Source: Candidatus Parcubacteria bacterium (GTDB taxonomy: Bacteria; Patescibacteriota; Minisyncoccia; JACPXH01). Taken from it: DNA of 64,000 nt. The DNA is taken from positions 150,461 through 214,460 of the forward strand of contig JACPXH010000007.1 in assembly GCA_016196625.1 (NCBI GenBank). The letters run 5' to 3'. The translations under genes and the position numbers were made by a program. Under the pieces are notes generated by a model. The model was not told where the DNA came from. It ran no database searches and saw only the letters and a program-made list of their open reading frames with translations. Shown here one piece after another: positions 53,533 through 63,147 of the stretch (positions are counted from its first letter, which is position 1; each line of letters opens with the position of its first letter).

Positions 53533-54549
53533 ATGGACCCAACTCTAGAATCTTATATCCGTGAAGCCCGCGCGGCAGGCAAATCCGAAGCTCAAATTCG
53601 GACCGAACTGTATGAGCAAGGCTGGCCCGAGCATGTGGCTGACGAAGCCCTCACCGGCAGGGCAGCGAGCAGCCAAACGGGCGAACTGAAGCCTTTTGGA
53701 GAATTATTTACCCAAACGCGCCGTAGCTACGGGTACTTATTTCGTATTTTCTGGCCGGTGTTCGCGCTGCTTTTTGTTTTGCAGGTGGTCCCCTCGTTCT
53801 TGCCGGGTGGCGCGTCGGCCGCGGTCGTGCTTCAAGGCGCGGTTTGGCTTGCGGCGTTGGTGTTAACAATGCTTTTGCCCATCGCCATGATTTTGGCGCT
53901 TGATCAGCGCGAGCGCGCCAACCCGACCCCGAATTTGGTTGGGCTCTGGCGCGAGGCACGCTCGAAATTCTGGGGGTTTGTGTGGGTGGGGATGGTATCT
54001 ACGCTGGTGGTCATGGGGGGATTTGTGGCGCTGGTCGTGCCCGGGCTCGTGCTTTCTATCCAGAACTTTTTCGCAAGTTATATCTACGTGTTGGAGGGGC
54101 GCCGGGGGCTTGCGGCGGTGGAAACGAGTCGGCAGATGGTGCGAGGGTTGGGCTGGCCGGTGTTCGGACGTCTTTTCCTGATGGGACTTATGGCTATGGC
54201 GGTGTTTTTAGTGGTGGTTGTCATCACCGTGCTTCTGGCTATTCCCGCCTTCATTCATATTACGCCCGGCTCGGCCCCGTATCCCTCTCCGGAGCCGAAG
54301 CTTACGCCCATGCAGGAAGCGGCGGTGAACGGCCTCCAAGGGTTAGCGAACCTGTTTCTGTTTCCCGTTTTTGCCGCCTTTCCGTACTGGCTCTACCGTG
54401 AAGTGCGGCGATTGCGCGGCGCGCCCGAGGTACAACAGCCCTCGCAGAGTACCAAGGTGTTTTTGGGTTTGGGCATCGCGGGGGTGGCGGTGTTTTTGGC
54501 GGCCTTCCTGTCTGTTATTGCCTTGGCTATCCGGAAATTTATAGGATAG
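53533..54549 (+). CDS. Multi-pass membrane protein with the shared N-terminal module
   Basis: N-terminus MDPTLESYIREARAAGKSEAQIRTELYEQGWPEHVADEALTG, then about 6 predicted TM helices. Confidence 0.65.
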   Translation: MDPTLESYIREARAAGKSEAQIRTELYEQGWPEHVADEALTGRAASSQTGELKPFGELFTQTRRSYGYLFRIFWPVFALLFVLQVVPSFLPGGASAAVVLQGAVWLAALVLTMLLPIAMILALDQRERANPTPNLVGLWREARSKFWGFVWVGMVSTLVVMGGFVALVVPGLVLSIQNFFASYIYVLEGRRGLAAVETSRQMVRGLGWPVFGRLFLMGLMAMAVFLVVVVITVLLAIPAFIHITPGSAPYPSPEPKLTPMQEAAVNGLQGLANLFLFPVFAAFPYWLYREVRRLRGAPEVQQPSQSTKVFLGLGIAGVAVFLAAFLSVIALAIRKFIG

Positions 54550-54560
54550 ACTGAAAGCCC

Positions 54561-54645
54561 GGTGAGGTGGCCGAGCGGTCTAAGGCGCACGCTTGGAGCG
54601 CGTGTATACCGAAAGGTATCGTGGGTTCGAATCCCACCCTCACCG
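54561..54645 (+). tRNA. tRNA-Ser (anticodon GGA), long variable arm
   Basis: Acceptor GGTGAGG / CCTCACC. D-arm GCCGAGCGGTCTAAGGCG. Anticodon stem CACGC / GCGTG with loop TTGGAGC. Variable arm TATACCGAAAGGTATC. T-arm GTGGG-TTCGAAT-CCCAC. CCA not encoded. Confidence 0.8.
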
Positions 54646-54871
54646 CATTATACTTTCTTTGGCCATCTCTTGATGGTTAAAGAAAGTATAAATAGGGTAC
54701 GGTGGGATTCGAAGGGTAGTTCTGCAACGCAAACTGCTTTGCGTTGCAGAACACCCGGGCTGCGGAGGAGGAGCGGAGCATGTGCCGCAGGCACGGCGAA
54801 GCGACGGGGGAGAAGGAATCCCACCCTCACCGCCAGTGTATCCTTTCATGTTTTTGCGATTACGTTGGCCT

Positions 54872-55330
54872 ATGATCAAATTTATTATCGCGGCAGTTGT
54901 ATTAGTGGGCGTTGGTGTCGCCATCTATTATGGCCGGTTTTTGTTCACGAAGAAGGTCGTACGGGAAGAAGTGCCGGTAGAGATGAAGGCCTCGAGTCGC
55001 AGCCTGCGAGAAGGATCCTTCGAAAACATTGATTTCATCCACAAAGGTTCTGGCAGGGCGCTCATATTGGAAGATGCCAACGGACACAAGCTGCTGCGGT
55101 TTGAAAATTTAGAAGTTACGAACGGTCCGGATCTCTATGTGTACCTTTCCCGAAATCCCCGACCGACGAAAGACAAGGATAGTTTGGGAGATTTCATCAA
55201 CCTTGGTCGGCTCAAGGGAAATGTCGGCGACCAAAACTACGAGCTTACCCAGAACAGCGACGGCTATCAAAGCGTGGTGATCTGGTGCCGTCAGTTCAAC
55301 GCCCTCTTTTCTTTCGCGACTTTGAGATAA
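54872..55330 (+). CDS. DM13-domain protein with an N-terminal TM anchor
   Basis: FENLEVTNGPDLYVYLS ... GDQNYELTQNSDGYQSVVIWCRQFNALFSFA matches the DM13 pattern (GPDL.VyL ... Q.Y.i ... sVvIWC..F...F). Start at ATG 54872. Confidence 0.6.
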   Translation: MIKFIIAAVVLVGVGVAIYYGRFLFTKKVVREEVPVEMKASSRSLREGSFENIDFIHKGSGRALILEDANGHKLLRFENLEVTNGPDLYVYLSRNPRPTKDKDSLGDFINLGRLKGNVGDQNYELTQNSDGYQSVVIWCRQFNALFSFATLR

Positions 55331-55395
55331 TTTTTTGGATCCGGGCGCCCGAGGCAGGTAGATGGATTTTGTAACAGGCGTGCCCAGCGCTACCC

Positions 55396-57258
55396 ATGAA
55401 TTCACCCATTGACGACATCAAATCGCGGCTCAACATCGTTGACGTCGTGGGCTCGTACCTCCGGCTTCAGAAAGCCGGCATAAACTTTCGAGCACTCTGT
55501 CCGTTTCATAACGAAAAAACCCCGTCGTTTTTCGTCTCGCCCGCGCGCCAGAGCTGGAGGTGTTTTGGGTGCTCGAAAGGGGGCGATATGTTCGGGTTCA
55601 TCAAGGAGATTGAGGGCGTGGAGTTTCCGGAGGCGCTTCGAATGTTGGCCGATCGGGCCGGTGTTACGCTTCGGGCGGTTGATCCGTCTCTCATCTCTGA
55701 ACGCACGAAACTCTTCGATATTTGCGAGGCTGCCGCCAGATTCTTTGAGCGGGAGCTGGAGACTTCCGTTGGCGGCAAAGCGGCGTGGACGTATCTGCAG
55801 GAACGGGCGGTGTCTCTTGAGACGCGCCGGGCTTTTCGTCTGGGCTTTGCGCCGGCGCGCTGGGACGGACTGCTCAAAGAGCTTCGCTCGGCCGGTTTTC
55901 GCGATGGCGACGCGGAGCGCGCCGGTCTTGCCGTTCCCAGCCGGAACGAAAATCGAGCCGAGCGCCACTATGATCGGTTTCGATCAAGAATCATATTCCC
56001 CATTTTTGATCTGTCCGGAAAGGTGGTGGGGTTTAGCGGGCGGATATTTGGCGAATCAGGAATCGAGAATCAGGAATCAGGGAATGTGGAGGCTAAGTAC
56101 ATCAATACTCCGCAGACTCCCATTTACGACAAGGGGAGCATTCTTTACGGTTTGGACAAGGCAAAAGTTCCCATCCGCAAGGAAGATCGGGCGGTGCTGG
56201 TGGAGGGGAATATGGATGCGCTCATGAGCCATCAGGCCGGAATTGCGGCCACGGTGGCCACTTCCGGAACCGCGCTCACCGACCACCACTTAAAGCTCCT
56301 CAAGCGCTATAGCGAGCAGGTCGTGATGGCCTTTGACGAAGATTCGGCCGGCGCGGCCGCGACCAGACGCGGGGTGGAGCTGGCGCATCGAGCCGGCATG
56401 AACGTGCGGATCGTGTCGGTGGCAGGAGCCAAAGACCCGGCCGACCTCGTCAAAGAAAACGCCGAGGCGTGGCGTACGGCCGTGGCCTCGGCCAAACCGA
56501 TTTTGGATTTTTTCTTTGAGAAGATTACCAAGCAGTTTTTACCCCGAAGCGTGGAAGGGAAAAAAGCGATCGGCCGAGAGTTTCTGCCAATCCTGGCGCT
56601 CACCGCAAACCGGATTGAGCAGGCGCATTGGGTGGGCGAAGTGTCGCAGGCACTCGGGGTGCGCGAAGAGGCGGTGTGGGCAGAACTGGTTAAGGCCGAG
56701 CCCGGCGAGTCGCGCGCACCGGCTCGAGCAGGCATCGCGGCGTCCCGGCCGCAACCGACGCGTTCGCGCCTGGAGCGGCTTGAAGAAGAGGTGTTGGCCG
56801 CAGCGCTTGGCGCAGAGAGCCGCCAAGAGCTGCTCGCGCATCTGGAAAATCCTTGCATCTCCGCGCCCGCGCGGGTATTCTTTGGCCTGCTGCAGAGTGC
56901 TGACGTTTCGGCGCTCGAAGCTGACGGCTGGCGCAGGGGAGTGGATGAGAGCTATCATGGGTATATTGAAAACGTAGTGTGGCTTTCTGAAACTCTGCCT
57001 TCCACCCCGGACGAGCGCGCGGCCACGTTCGTCGAGGGCGTGCGGCAGTTGACGAAACTCAAGGCGCAAAGCGAGCTTGAAGCGCTGGCGGACGAAATTC
57101 GAGCGGCCGAGCGGGCCGGAGAAGAGGAGCGAACGGAGAATTTACTCAGGCGTTTTCAGGAGGTTGCGGCGGGTTTGATAACCGATCCGGCGTCTCCAAA
57201 ACAGCCTGCCAGCAGCCGGCCTTATCCGCCCAACTGGCCAGAGCCAAAGACCGTTTAA
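55396..57258 (+). CDS. dnaG: DNA primase
   Basis: Zinc-ribbon [11 protein letters not shown]...CFGC, and a TOPRIM domain (EGNMDAL, DEDSAG). Confidence 0.9.
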   Translation: MNSPIDDIKSRLNIVDVVGSYLRLQKAGINFRALCPFHNEKTPSFFVSPARQSWRCFGCSKGGDMFGFIKEIEGVEFPEALRMLADRAGVTLRAVDPSLISERTKLFDICEAAARFFERELETSVGGKAAWTYLQERAVSLETRRAFRLGFAPARWDGLLKELRSAGFRDGDAERAGLAVPSRNENRAERHYDRFRSRIIFPIFDLSGKVVGFSGRIFGESGIENQESGNVEAKYINTPQTPIYDKGSILYGLDKAKVPIRKEDRAVLVEGNMDALMSHQAGIAATVATSGTALTDHHLKLLKRYSEQVVMAFDEDSAGAAATRRGVELAHRAGMNVRIVSVAGAKDPADLVKENAEAWRTAVASAKPILDFFFEKITKQFLPRSVEGKKAIGREFLPILALTANRIEQAHWVGEVSQALGVREEAVWAELVKAEPGESRAPARAGIAASRPQPTRSRLERLEEEVLAAALGAESRQELLAHLENPCISAPARVFFGLLQSADVSALEADGWRRGVDESYHGYIENVVWLSETLPSTPDERAATFVEGVRQLTKLKAQSELEALADEIRAAERAGEEERTENLLRRFQEVAAGLITDPASPKQPASSRPYPPNWPEPKTV

Positions 57259-57266
57259 TTTATTTT

Positions 57267-58487
57267 ATGAAACGAAAGTCCGCAAAATCTGGCGGGCGGT
57301 CAAAACCTGCGCTCCGCAAGGGCAGTCGCAGCCCGGTCAAAGCGGTTGCGCGCCGAGCTCCCCGCAAGAGCCGGCCGCCCCGTCCGGCCAAAAAAGTTGA
57401 AGCGCCGCGCGTGACCGAAGAAAAAATTGCCAAGCTCATCGCCAAAGCCAAAGGCCGGGGGTTCATTACATACGCCGAGATTCTCCATTCCGTCCCGGAG
57501 ATCGAAAAGGACATTCAGGGCTTGGAGCTTCTCTACGATCGGCTGGAAGAGGCCAACATTAAAATCAAGGAGGCGCGTGAGCTCTTGGAGGTGGCCGCGG
57601 AGCACGAATCCGAAGAATCCGAACGCCGGCGCGCCTCTTACGCGCTGGACGCGGATCTCACTTCCGATTCGGTGCAGATGTACTTGCGTGAGATTGGTCG
57701 GGTGCCGTTGCTCAACGCCGATCAGGAAAAGGAGCTCGCGCGCGGCATCGAGAAAGGCGATACCCACGCGCGCGAGAAACTGATCAATTCAAACCTGCGG
57801 CTAGTGGTGTCCATTGCGAAACGCTACGTGGGCCGCAGTCCCAACCTGACGCTTCTGGATTTGATTCAGGAGGGTAATTCAGGCCTCATGAAGGCGGTCG
57901 AAAAGTTTGACTACCGCAAAGGCTACAAGTTTTCAACCTATGCGACTTGGTGGATCCGCCAAGCAATCACCCGAGCCCTCGCCGATCAAGCGCGGACGAT
58001 TCGGATTCCTGTACACATGGTTGAGACCATATCCAAATACACGCAGGTCAAGCGCCGGCTACTCCAAGATTTGGGGCGTGAGCCGCTGCCCGAAGAGGTG
58101 GCGGCCGAGATGGGGGTCGAAGTTGAGAAAGTACGCTACATCATGAAAATTTCCCAAGAGACTCTGTCTTTGGAAGCACCGGTGGGCGAGGGCGAAGAGG
58201 ATAGCATGCTGGGAGATTTCATCGAGGACGAAAAAGAACTTTCGCCCAATCAGGTGGCCGCCTTAAACTTATTGAGAGATCAGGTGCGCGAGGTGCTGGT
58301 AGATTTGATGCCCAGAGAGCAGCGGATTTTGCGGATGCGTTTCGGGCTTGACGATGGGGTTACGCATACGCTGGAAGAAGTGGGGCGTGAATTTGGGGTT
58401 ACGCGCGAACGGATACGTCAGATCGAGGCCAAGGCCCTCGAGAAAATTCGTCAGCATCGTTTGGTCAAAAAACTCGAAGGTTACTGA
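57267..58487 (+). CDS. rpoD: RNA polymerase sigma factor RpoD (sigma-70)
   Basis: Region 2 ([25 protein letters not shown]) and regions 3/4 ([26 protein letters not shown]). K/R-rich N-terminal extension. Confidence 0.9.
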   Translation: MKRKSAKSGGRSKPALRKGSRSPVKAVARRAPRKSRPPRPAKKVEAPRVTEEKIAKLIAKAKGRGFITYAEILHSVPEIEKDIQGLELLYDRLEEANIKIKEARELLEVAAEHESEESERRRASYALDADLTSDSVQMYLREIGRVPLLNADQEKELARGIEKGDTHAREKLINSNLRLVVSIAKRYVGRSPNLTLLDLIQEGNSGLMKAVEKFDYRKGYKFSTYATWWIRQAITRALADQARTIRIPVHMVETISKYTQVKRRLLQDLGREPLPEEVAAEMGVEVEKVRYIMKISQETLSLEAPVGEGEEDSMLGDFIEDEKELSPNQVAALNLLRDQVREVLVDLMPREQRILRMRFGLDDGVTHTLEEVGREFGVTRERIRQIEAKALEKIRQHRLVKKLEGY

Positions 58488-58533
58488 TTGAGCCTTGGCG
58501 GCTCGGCGCGCGCCTCCGACCGCGGTCCAACAT

Positions 58534-59250
58534 ATGGTCGCTTTGCGAAAACCGGCGTTGGTCTTTGCGCTTGGAACCGCCGGTGCCGTGGCGGCAGCGG
58601 CCCTCTTTGCGTTTGGTTTCGGAGGAGCGGCGTTCTTTCGAGCGCGGAGCGATCTGGCCGCGACCATACCTCTGGCCGTGCCAATAGTCAGCCTCGTGCC
58701 GGCCGAAGTTGAGACCACCCAACGCGATATCCCGGCGCTTGCGCCGGCCGTGTTGCCGGAGGCGCCGCGCGCCTACCCCGACGTCCCCACTTCTTATGAG
58801 CAGAGTTTGTCTGAACATGACATTGTGACCGTGCGCGATTTTCTCGTCGGCTACGGCGCCAATTTTGTCGAAATTGATTTGGGCGTTCAGACCATGACGG
58901 CGTGGGAGCGGGGAAGTGTGCTTTGGACAAGCCGCATCTCCACGGGCCGCAAGGACAAACCCACCCGGGCCGGAGTCTGGAAGGTGTTAGACAAACTTGA
59001 TGTGGCGTGGGGGAGCGCCTACGATGACGGTTCGGCGCAGGTCTGGAAGATGCCGTATTGGCTTGGCATCTACTACGCCGGCGCCTCTGAAAACGGCATC
59101 CACGAATTGCCCTTCATAAATGGCGTGCGCGAGGGCGAACGGTCCTTGGGGCGCGCGGTCTCGCACGGGTGCGTTCGAGTACCCAAAGGCACGGCGAAAA
59201 CTCTCTTTGATTGGGTTCAAGTGGGCACGCCAGTGGTCATCCATCACTGA
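58534..59250 (+). CDS. L,D-transpeptidase (YkuD domain) with N-terminal TM anchor
   Basis: Catalytic SHGCVRV motif near the C-terminus. Start at ATG 58534; the longer ORF from 58495 is an alternative. Confidence 0.75.
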   Translation: MVALRKPALVFALGTAGAVAAAALFAFGFGGAAFFRARSDLAATIPLAVPIVSLVPAEVETTQRDIPALAPAVLPEAPRAYPDVPTSYEQSLSEHDIVTVRDFLVGYGANFVEIDLGVQTMTAWERGSVLWTSRISTGRKDKPTRAGVWKVLDKLDVAWGSAYDDGSAQVWKMPYWLGIYYAGASENGIHELPFINGVREGERSLGRAVSHGCVRVPKGTAKTLFDWVQVGTPVVIHH

Positions 59251-59368
59251 CGAGTTCGAACTCCTAAATTGTGCCTCCACAGGAAAAATGTTTGGTTTCG
59301 TGTATACTGGTGGTGGTAGCAGGTCGAAACAGAATAACTTATTTATTCCTTTAAGTTTCGTTGTGCTT

Positions 59369-59572
59369 ATGAGCAAATTCTCTATGACGTGCAGTTGTGG
59401 GGATGTCATGAGCGTTGAAGCTGAAAATCGAGAGGAAGCCGTTGCCAAGCTCAAAGCCATGATGACCGATGAAGCCGTGGCCGCGCACATGGCCGACAAG
59501 CACCCGGGCGATCCGGTGCTCCCAACGAGCCAAGTGCATGCCATGATTGAGCAGGGCACGCAGCCGGCTTAA
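59369..59572 (+). CDS. DUF1059-family small metal-binding protein
   Basis: MSKFSMTCSCGDVMSVEAENREEAVAKLKAMMTDEAVAAHMADKHPGDP fits the DUF1059 pattern. Confidence 0.6.
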   Translation: MSKFSMTCSCGDVMSVEAENREEAVAKLKAMMTDEAVAAHMADKHPGDPVLPTSQVHAMIEQGTQPA

Positions 59573-59588
59573 ATATTTTCCGATCGGA

Positions 59589-59640
59589 ACGAAACAGAGG
59601 GGTGGTTTCACTCCTCTGTTTTCGTTTCGAACCGTTTTTT
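59589..59640 (+). terminator. Intrinsic terminator
   Basis: Stem GAAACAGAGG / CCTCTGTTT(T)C with a 12-nt loop, followed by GTTTCGAACCGTTTTTT. Confidence 0.55.
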
Positions 59641-59789
59641 GACGAAGCAGAGAACTTAAAAGGTGTGGTTTATAAAAAAGAGGCCCGTCCCGTGCAGATT
59701 GCGCAAAAAGCGCTTGCTTTAGGACGCTTTTCTGGTTCCGCGCGCTTCATGCATAGTGAATGTACATGGCTTTTAGGAATTGGTGGAGG

Positions 59790-60878
59790 TTAGGTGGCAA
59801 TCTTGAGAAAAACTTTCTCGTATTCATCTACCATTTTTTCAAGCCCAAAATTTTCCTCAGTGTGTTTACGGCAGAAGTTACGATCGATGTGATCAATCCT
59901 CTTCGTCGCCTCAACCATTTCTTCCACGGTGTTCACAATAAAACCAGTTTTCCCGTCAACCACAACTTCCGGGACTGAACCTCTACGAAATGCGACCACC
60001 GGCGTGCCCGCGGCCATTGATTCGATCATGACCAGCCCAAATGGTTCTTCCCACTGAATAGGCACAAGAGTTGCTTTTGCGTTGCCGTAATACTCGTAGA
60101 GTTCGCGCCTTGAAACAACGCCGATATGGCGGATTTTGTCTCTAAGATACGGCTTTACTTTTTTATCCCAGTATTCGCCGGTAACCGGCGGGCCAAGAAT
60201 CAAGAGTTCTTCGTCGGTTTTTCGCGCGACTTCCACCGCTTCAGCCACGCCTTTTTCAGGATGAAGCCTGCCTACAAATAAAAGATGATTTCCTTTCGGC
60301 TTTTGGATAAATGGTACTTCGCCGATGGCGATGCCGTTATAGATAGTTGCAAGATAATTCAGATCGGGAGCGGGAATTCGTTGGGCATCGCTAATGGATA
60401 CATAATATTGATTAGGCGATGAAAACATCTGAAACGCCTCGGCTCTCCACGGGTAAATCGGGTCGTGGAGTGTATAGACGGTTGGGATGCTGCGTATTGC
60501 ATACGCCAGAGGGAGTGCGCGGTCTACAGGATGAATGTGGACTATATCAAACTTGCCCTCTAGAGCTGCTTTATATATTGCCGAAAGGAGAAACTGATCC
60601 CAAAGATTGTAAATCTTCGCTCCTTCCGCGCCGCCAACATTTGATCCTGCTAAAATAGAAAGTTCTCCATTCTGGCGAAGGGCTTTCAATTTATTTGTCC
60701 TTACCTCCGATACCTTTATTTTTGACCCTTCTGGCGCAAAAAAGGTTACTTCGTGGCCGCGCCGAGTGAGCCCCTCGCTTATAGCCATCGCGATATCCAT
60801 CGGCGCATAGATGACGCCGAAGGGTGGGGGCGTAGTGAAGTGGCCAGTGACCATTGTGGCAATGCGAAGTTTCCTCAT
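59790..60878 (-). CDS. Glycosyltransferase family 1 (GT-B)
   Basis: GT1 C-terminal EX7E-type region (PIQWEEPFGLVMIESMAAGTPVVAFRRGSVPEVV). Start at ATG 60876-60878. Confidence 0.8.
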   Translation of the reverse strand: MRKLRIATMVTGHFTTPPPFGVIYAPMDIAMAISEGLTRRGHEVTFFAPEGSKIKVSEVRTNKLKALRQNGELSILAGSNVGGAEGAKIYNLWDQFLLSAIYKAALEGKFDIVHIHPVDRALPLAYAIRSIPTVYTLHDPIYPWRAEAFQMFSSPNQYYVSISDAQRIPAPDLNYLATIYNGIAIGEVPFIQKPKGNHLLFVGRLHPEKGVAEAVEVARKTDEELLILGPPVTGEYWDKKVKPYLRDKIRHIGVVSRRELYEYYGNAKATLVPIQWEEPFGLVMIESMAAGTPVVAFRRGSVPEVVVDGKTGFIVNTVEEMVEATKRIDHIDRNFCRKHTEENFGLEKMVDEYEKVFLKIAT

Positions 60879-60880
60879 GA

Positions 60881-62044
60881 TTATTCCAAAAGAAAGTTTA
60901 ATAATGCTCCGCTTGCCCAAGCCTGCGGCGAGCACGCGACATAGATTTTTTCTATTTTCCCTTTGATTACCGTATATAGTTCCGGGATTTCTCCGAGGAC
61001 TTGATAGGCGTCAAGAAGGGCATATTTTATTTTTCCATACTCGCGCTCATGCCCACACTTTTTAAGTCCTTGAGCAATAATCCAGTTGTCGTGCGGCCAG
61101 ATAGAGCCGAGATGGTAGCTCATAGGATTGAAGTCGGGATTTGATTCGGCATGGGTGCGGATACCGTACGGCGTCCACATATCGTTTTGAAAAAGTCGAT
61201 TCACGACCGCTTTAATTTTATCATCTTCGCCGTCAAGAATCCCGCTGAAAAGGAGATGGCCGGGATTGGAAGAAATTCTGTTGTCTGGGAATTTTGATCC
61301 CGAAAGGGCGGTGGTAAAAAACTTTTCCTCGGGAAGCCAAAATTCTCTTATGACCGCTTCCTTTAATTTTTCGGCACGCGCGCGAAGCTTCTTTTCGAGA
61401 GATTCGTTTTTTAGCATTAACGCAAGCTCCGCGGCTCCGCGAAGCGCGGCGTAGTAATACCCTTGTGCCTCAACGAGCTCTATCGGCGGCGTGAGCCCCA
61501 AATGATCCATGCGGCTGTCTTTCCATCCTTGGTGGCGGAGGCCGACGGGATTTTTTCTTCCGTATTCAAGGAGCGTATCGCCGTCAAAATCTCCGTATTT
61601 TTCGCACCAATCCAGAGCGGAAACGATATGCGGCCAGTATTGGAGAAGCCACTCGGTATCCACGCTTTTTTCATAGTAGAGGCCGCACAGGTATATAAAA
61701 AGCGGGGTTGAATCCACCGAGCCGTAATACGGCAGAGGCCACGGCAGAAATTTATATTCCGATGGATTCTGGTGCCACTCATGGACGATTTTCCCCGGCT
61801 CTTCTTCGCTGGCGTTATCAATTTCTTTTCCTTGCAATTCAGCGAGCAACTCAATTGTCCGCCGGGCAATCATTGCGTCATAATCAATTAATTGCCACGA
61901 AACAATGCAGGAGTCCCTGGCAAAAAGAGCGGCAAATCTCGGGAGCCCCGCGCGAATATAGCCGAGTTCCGGGTCTCGCAATGTCTCAATGTCTTCTTCC
62001 AGCTCCTGTTTGATATTTCTAATCGCTATCTTTGCTTTAGGCAT
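60881..62044 (-). CDS. Glycoside hydrolase, amylo-alpha-1,6-glucosidase / GDE_C-like (glycogen-debranching-enzyme C-terminal domain family)
   Basis: (alpha/alpha)6-barrel-type motifs FARDSCIVSWQL, RHQGWKDS and GSIWPHDNWI resemble the GDE_C / GH63-like family. The assignment is by resemblance. Confidence 0.65.
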   Translation of the reverse strand: MPKAKIAIRNIKQELEEDIETLRDPELGYIRAGLPRFAALFARDSCIVSWQLIDYDAMIARRTIELLAELQGKEIDNASEEEPGKIVHEWHQNPSEYKFLPWPLPYYGSVDSTPLFIYLCGLYYEKSVDTEWLLQYWPHIVSALDWCEKYGDFDGDTLLEYGRKNPVGLRHQGWKDSRMDHLGLTPPIELVEAQGYYYAALRGAAELALMLKNESLEKKLRARAEKLKEAVIREFWLPEEKFFTTALSGSKFPDNRISSNPGHLLFSGILDGEDDKIKAVVNRLFQNDMWTPYGIRTHAESNPDFNPMSYHLGSIWPHDNWIIAQGLKKCGHEREYGKIKYALLDAYQVLGEIPELYTVIKGKIEKIYVACSPQAWASGALLNFLLE

Positions 62045-63147
62045 AGTTCATAGTAGAGTTTTTCGTACTCATCGACCATTCGCTCTTTGCTGAAATTATC
62101 TTCCGTATATTTGCGAACCGCGCCGCGATCAATTTGATCAATCCATCCCATCGCTTCAATAAGTTTTTCGATGTCACTCTCGATCACAAAGCCGCTTTTG
62201 CCGTCTTTGATAAGTTCTTCCATCGACCCACGCTTATACGCAATCACGGGCGTGCCGCACGCCATCGCTTCTGCAACCACAAGACCGAATGGCTCTTCCC
62301 ATTCAATGGGGTACAAAAGTGCCCTGGCACTGCCGTAAAAGTCAGGAAGTTCATTATCCTTAAGTTCGCCCACATATTGTATCTTTTCATTAATATGCGG
62401 CTTGATAATTTTTTCAAAATACTCCTGTTGGGTGGGATCAATTCTTCCCGCTAGGAGAAGTTCGGCATTTAGTCGCTCGCATGCCGCAATGGCATTCTCA
62501 ACGCCCTTATGTTTATTCATCCGCGCGATCCAGATAAAATGTTCGCCGCCTTTTTTGTTGAAGTGAAAATGTTCGAGATCGATGCCGTTGTAGATGACCC
62601 GGCTTTTGGGCAAATCTACCATCGCAAGTTTCCGCGCCGATTCGCTGATGAATACGATGTCGGTGCGAGACGATTCTTCGGTAAAAAGCCGCAGCCGATC
62701 ATCTTTAGTGGCATCGGCGTTGGTGCGGTAAAGAGGGTTATGCATGGTGTGTATTGAAGGAACTTTCGTCAGGTTTTGAAAAAAGAGCGCCCAGAGATCA
62801 AGGTGGGAGTGAACAATATCAAACGCGCCATTATTCGCCATTTCGAATGCTGCTGAAAGATTTCTTAAATTCCAGATAGGATTTGACCAAGAGATATTTG
62901 CCTCGCTTAGAGACCTGTCAAAAACCGAGACGAGTTTTGCGGAAGTTCGCGAACCGGGAGCCGCAAAAAGCGTTATTTCGTGCCCTCGGAGCGTGAGCTC
63001 TTCCGCGAGCATCGAAACAATGCGCTCAATCCCGCCGTATCCTTTCGGCGGAATGGTAAACCAAAGGGGTGCTACTTGAGCGATACGCAGGTTTTTTCCG
63101 ATTCGTTTTTTACGCAAGTTTTTCATAGATTTTCTCATATTTATCAA
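62026..63147 (-). CDS. Glycosyltransferase family 1 (GT-B)
   Basis: PIEWEEPFGLVVAEAMACGTPVIAYKRGSMEELI. Confidence 0.8.
   Translation of the reverse strand: MINMRKSMKNLRKKRIGKNLRIAQVAPLWFTIPPKGYGGIERIVSMLAEELTLRGHEITLFAAPGSRTSAKLVSVFDRSLSEANISWSNPIWNLRNLSAAFEMANNGAFDIVHSHLDLWALFFQNLTKVPSIHTMHNPLYRTNADATKDDRLRLFTEESSRTDIVFISESARKLAMVDLPKSRVIYNGIDLEHFHFNKKGGEHFIWIARMNKHKGVENAIAACERLNAELLLAGRIDPTQQEYFEKIIKPHINEKIQYVGELKDNELPDFYGSARALLYPIEWEEPFGLVVAEAMACGTPVIAYKRGSMEELIKDGKSGFVIESDIEKLIEAMGWIDQIDRGAVRKYTEDNFSKERMVDEYEKLYYELCLKQR

Noticed and set aside
54700-54835. Second tRNA or tRNA pseudogene downstream of tRNA-Ser
   Set aside because: The segment contains an inverted T-arm copy and a direct acceptor/T-arm 3' copy, but no foldable D-arm, anticodon arm or T-loop in cloverleaf order. 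It is treated as an att-like scar with hairpins, not as a tRNA.
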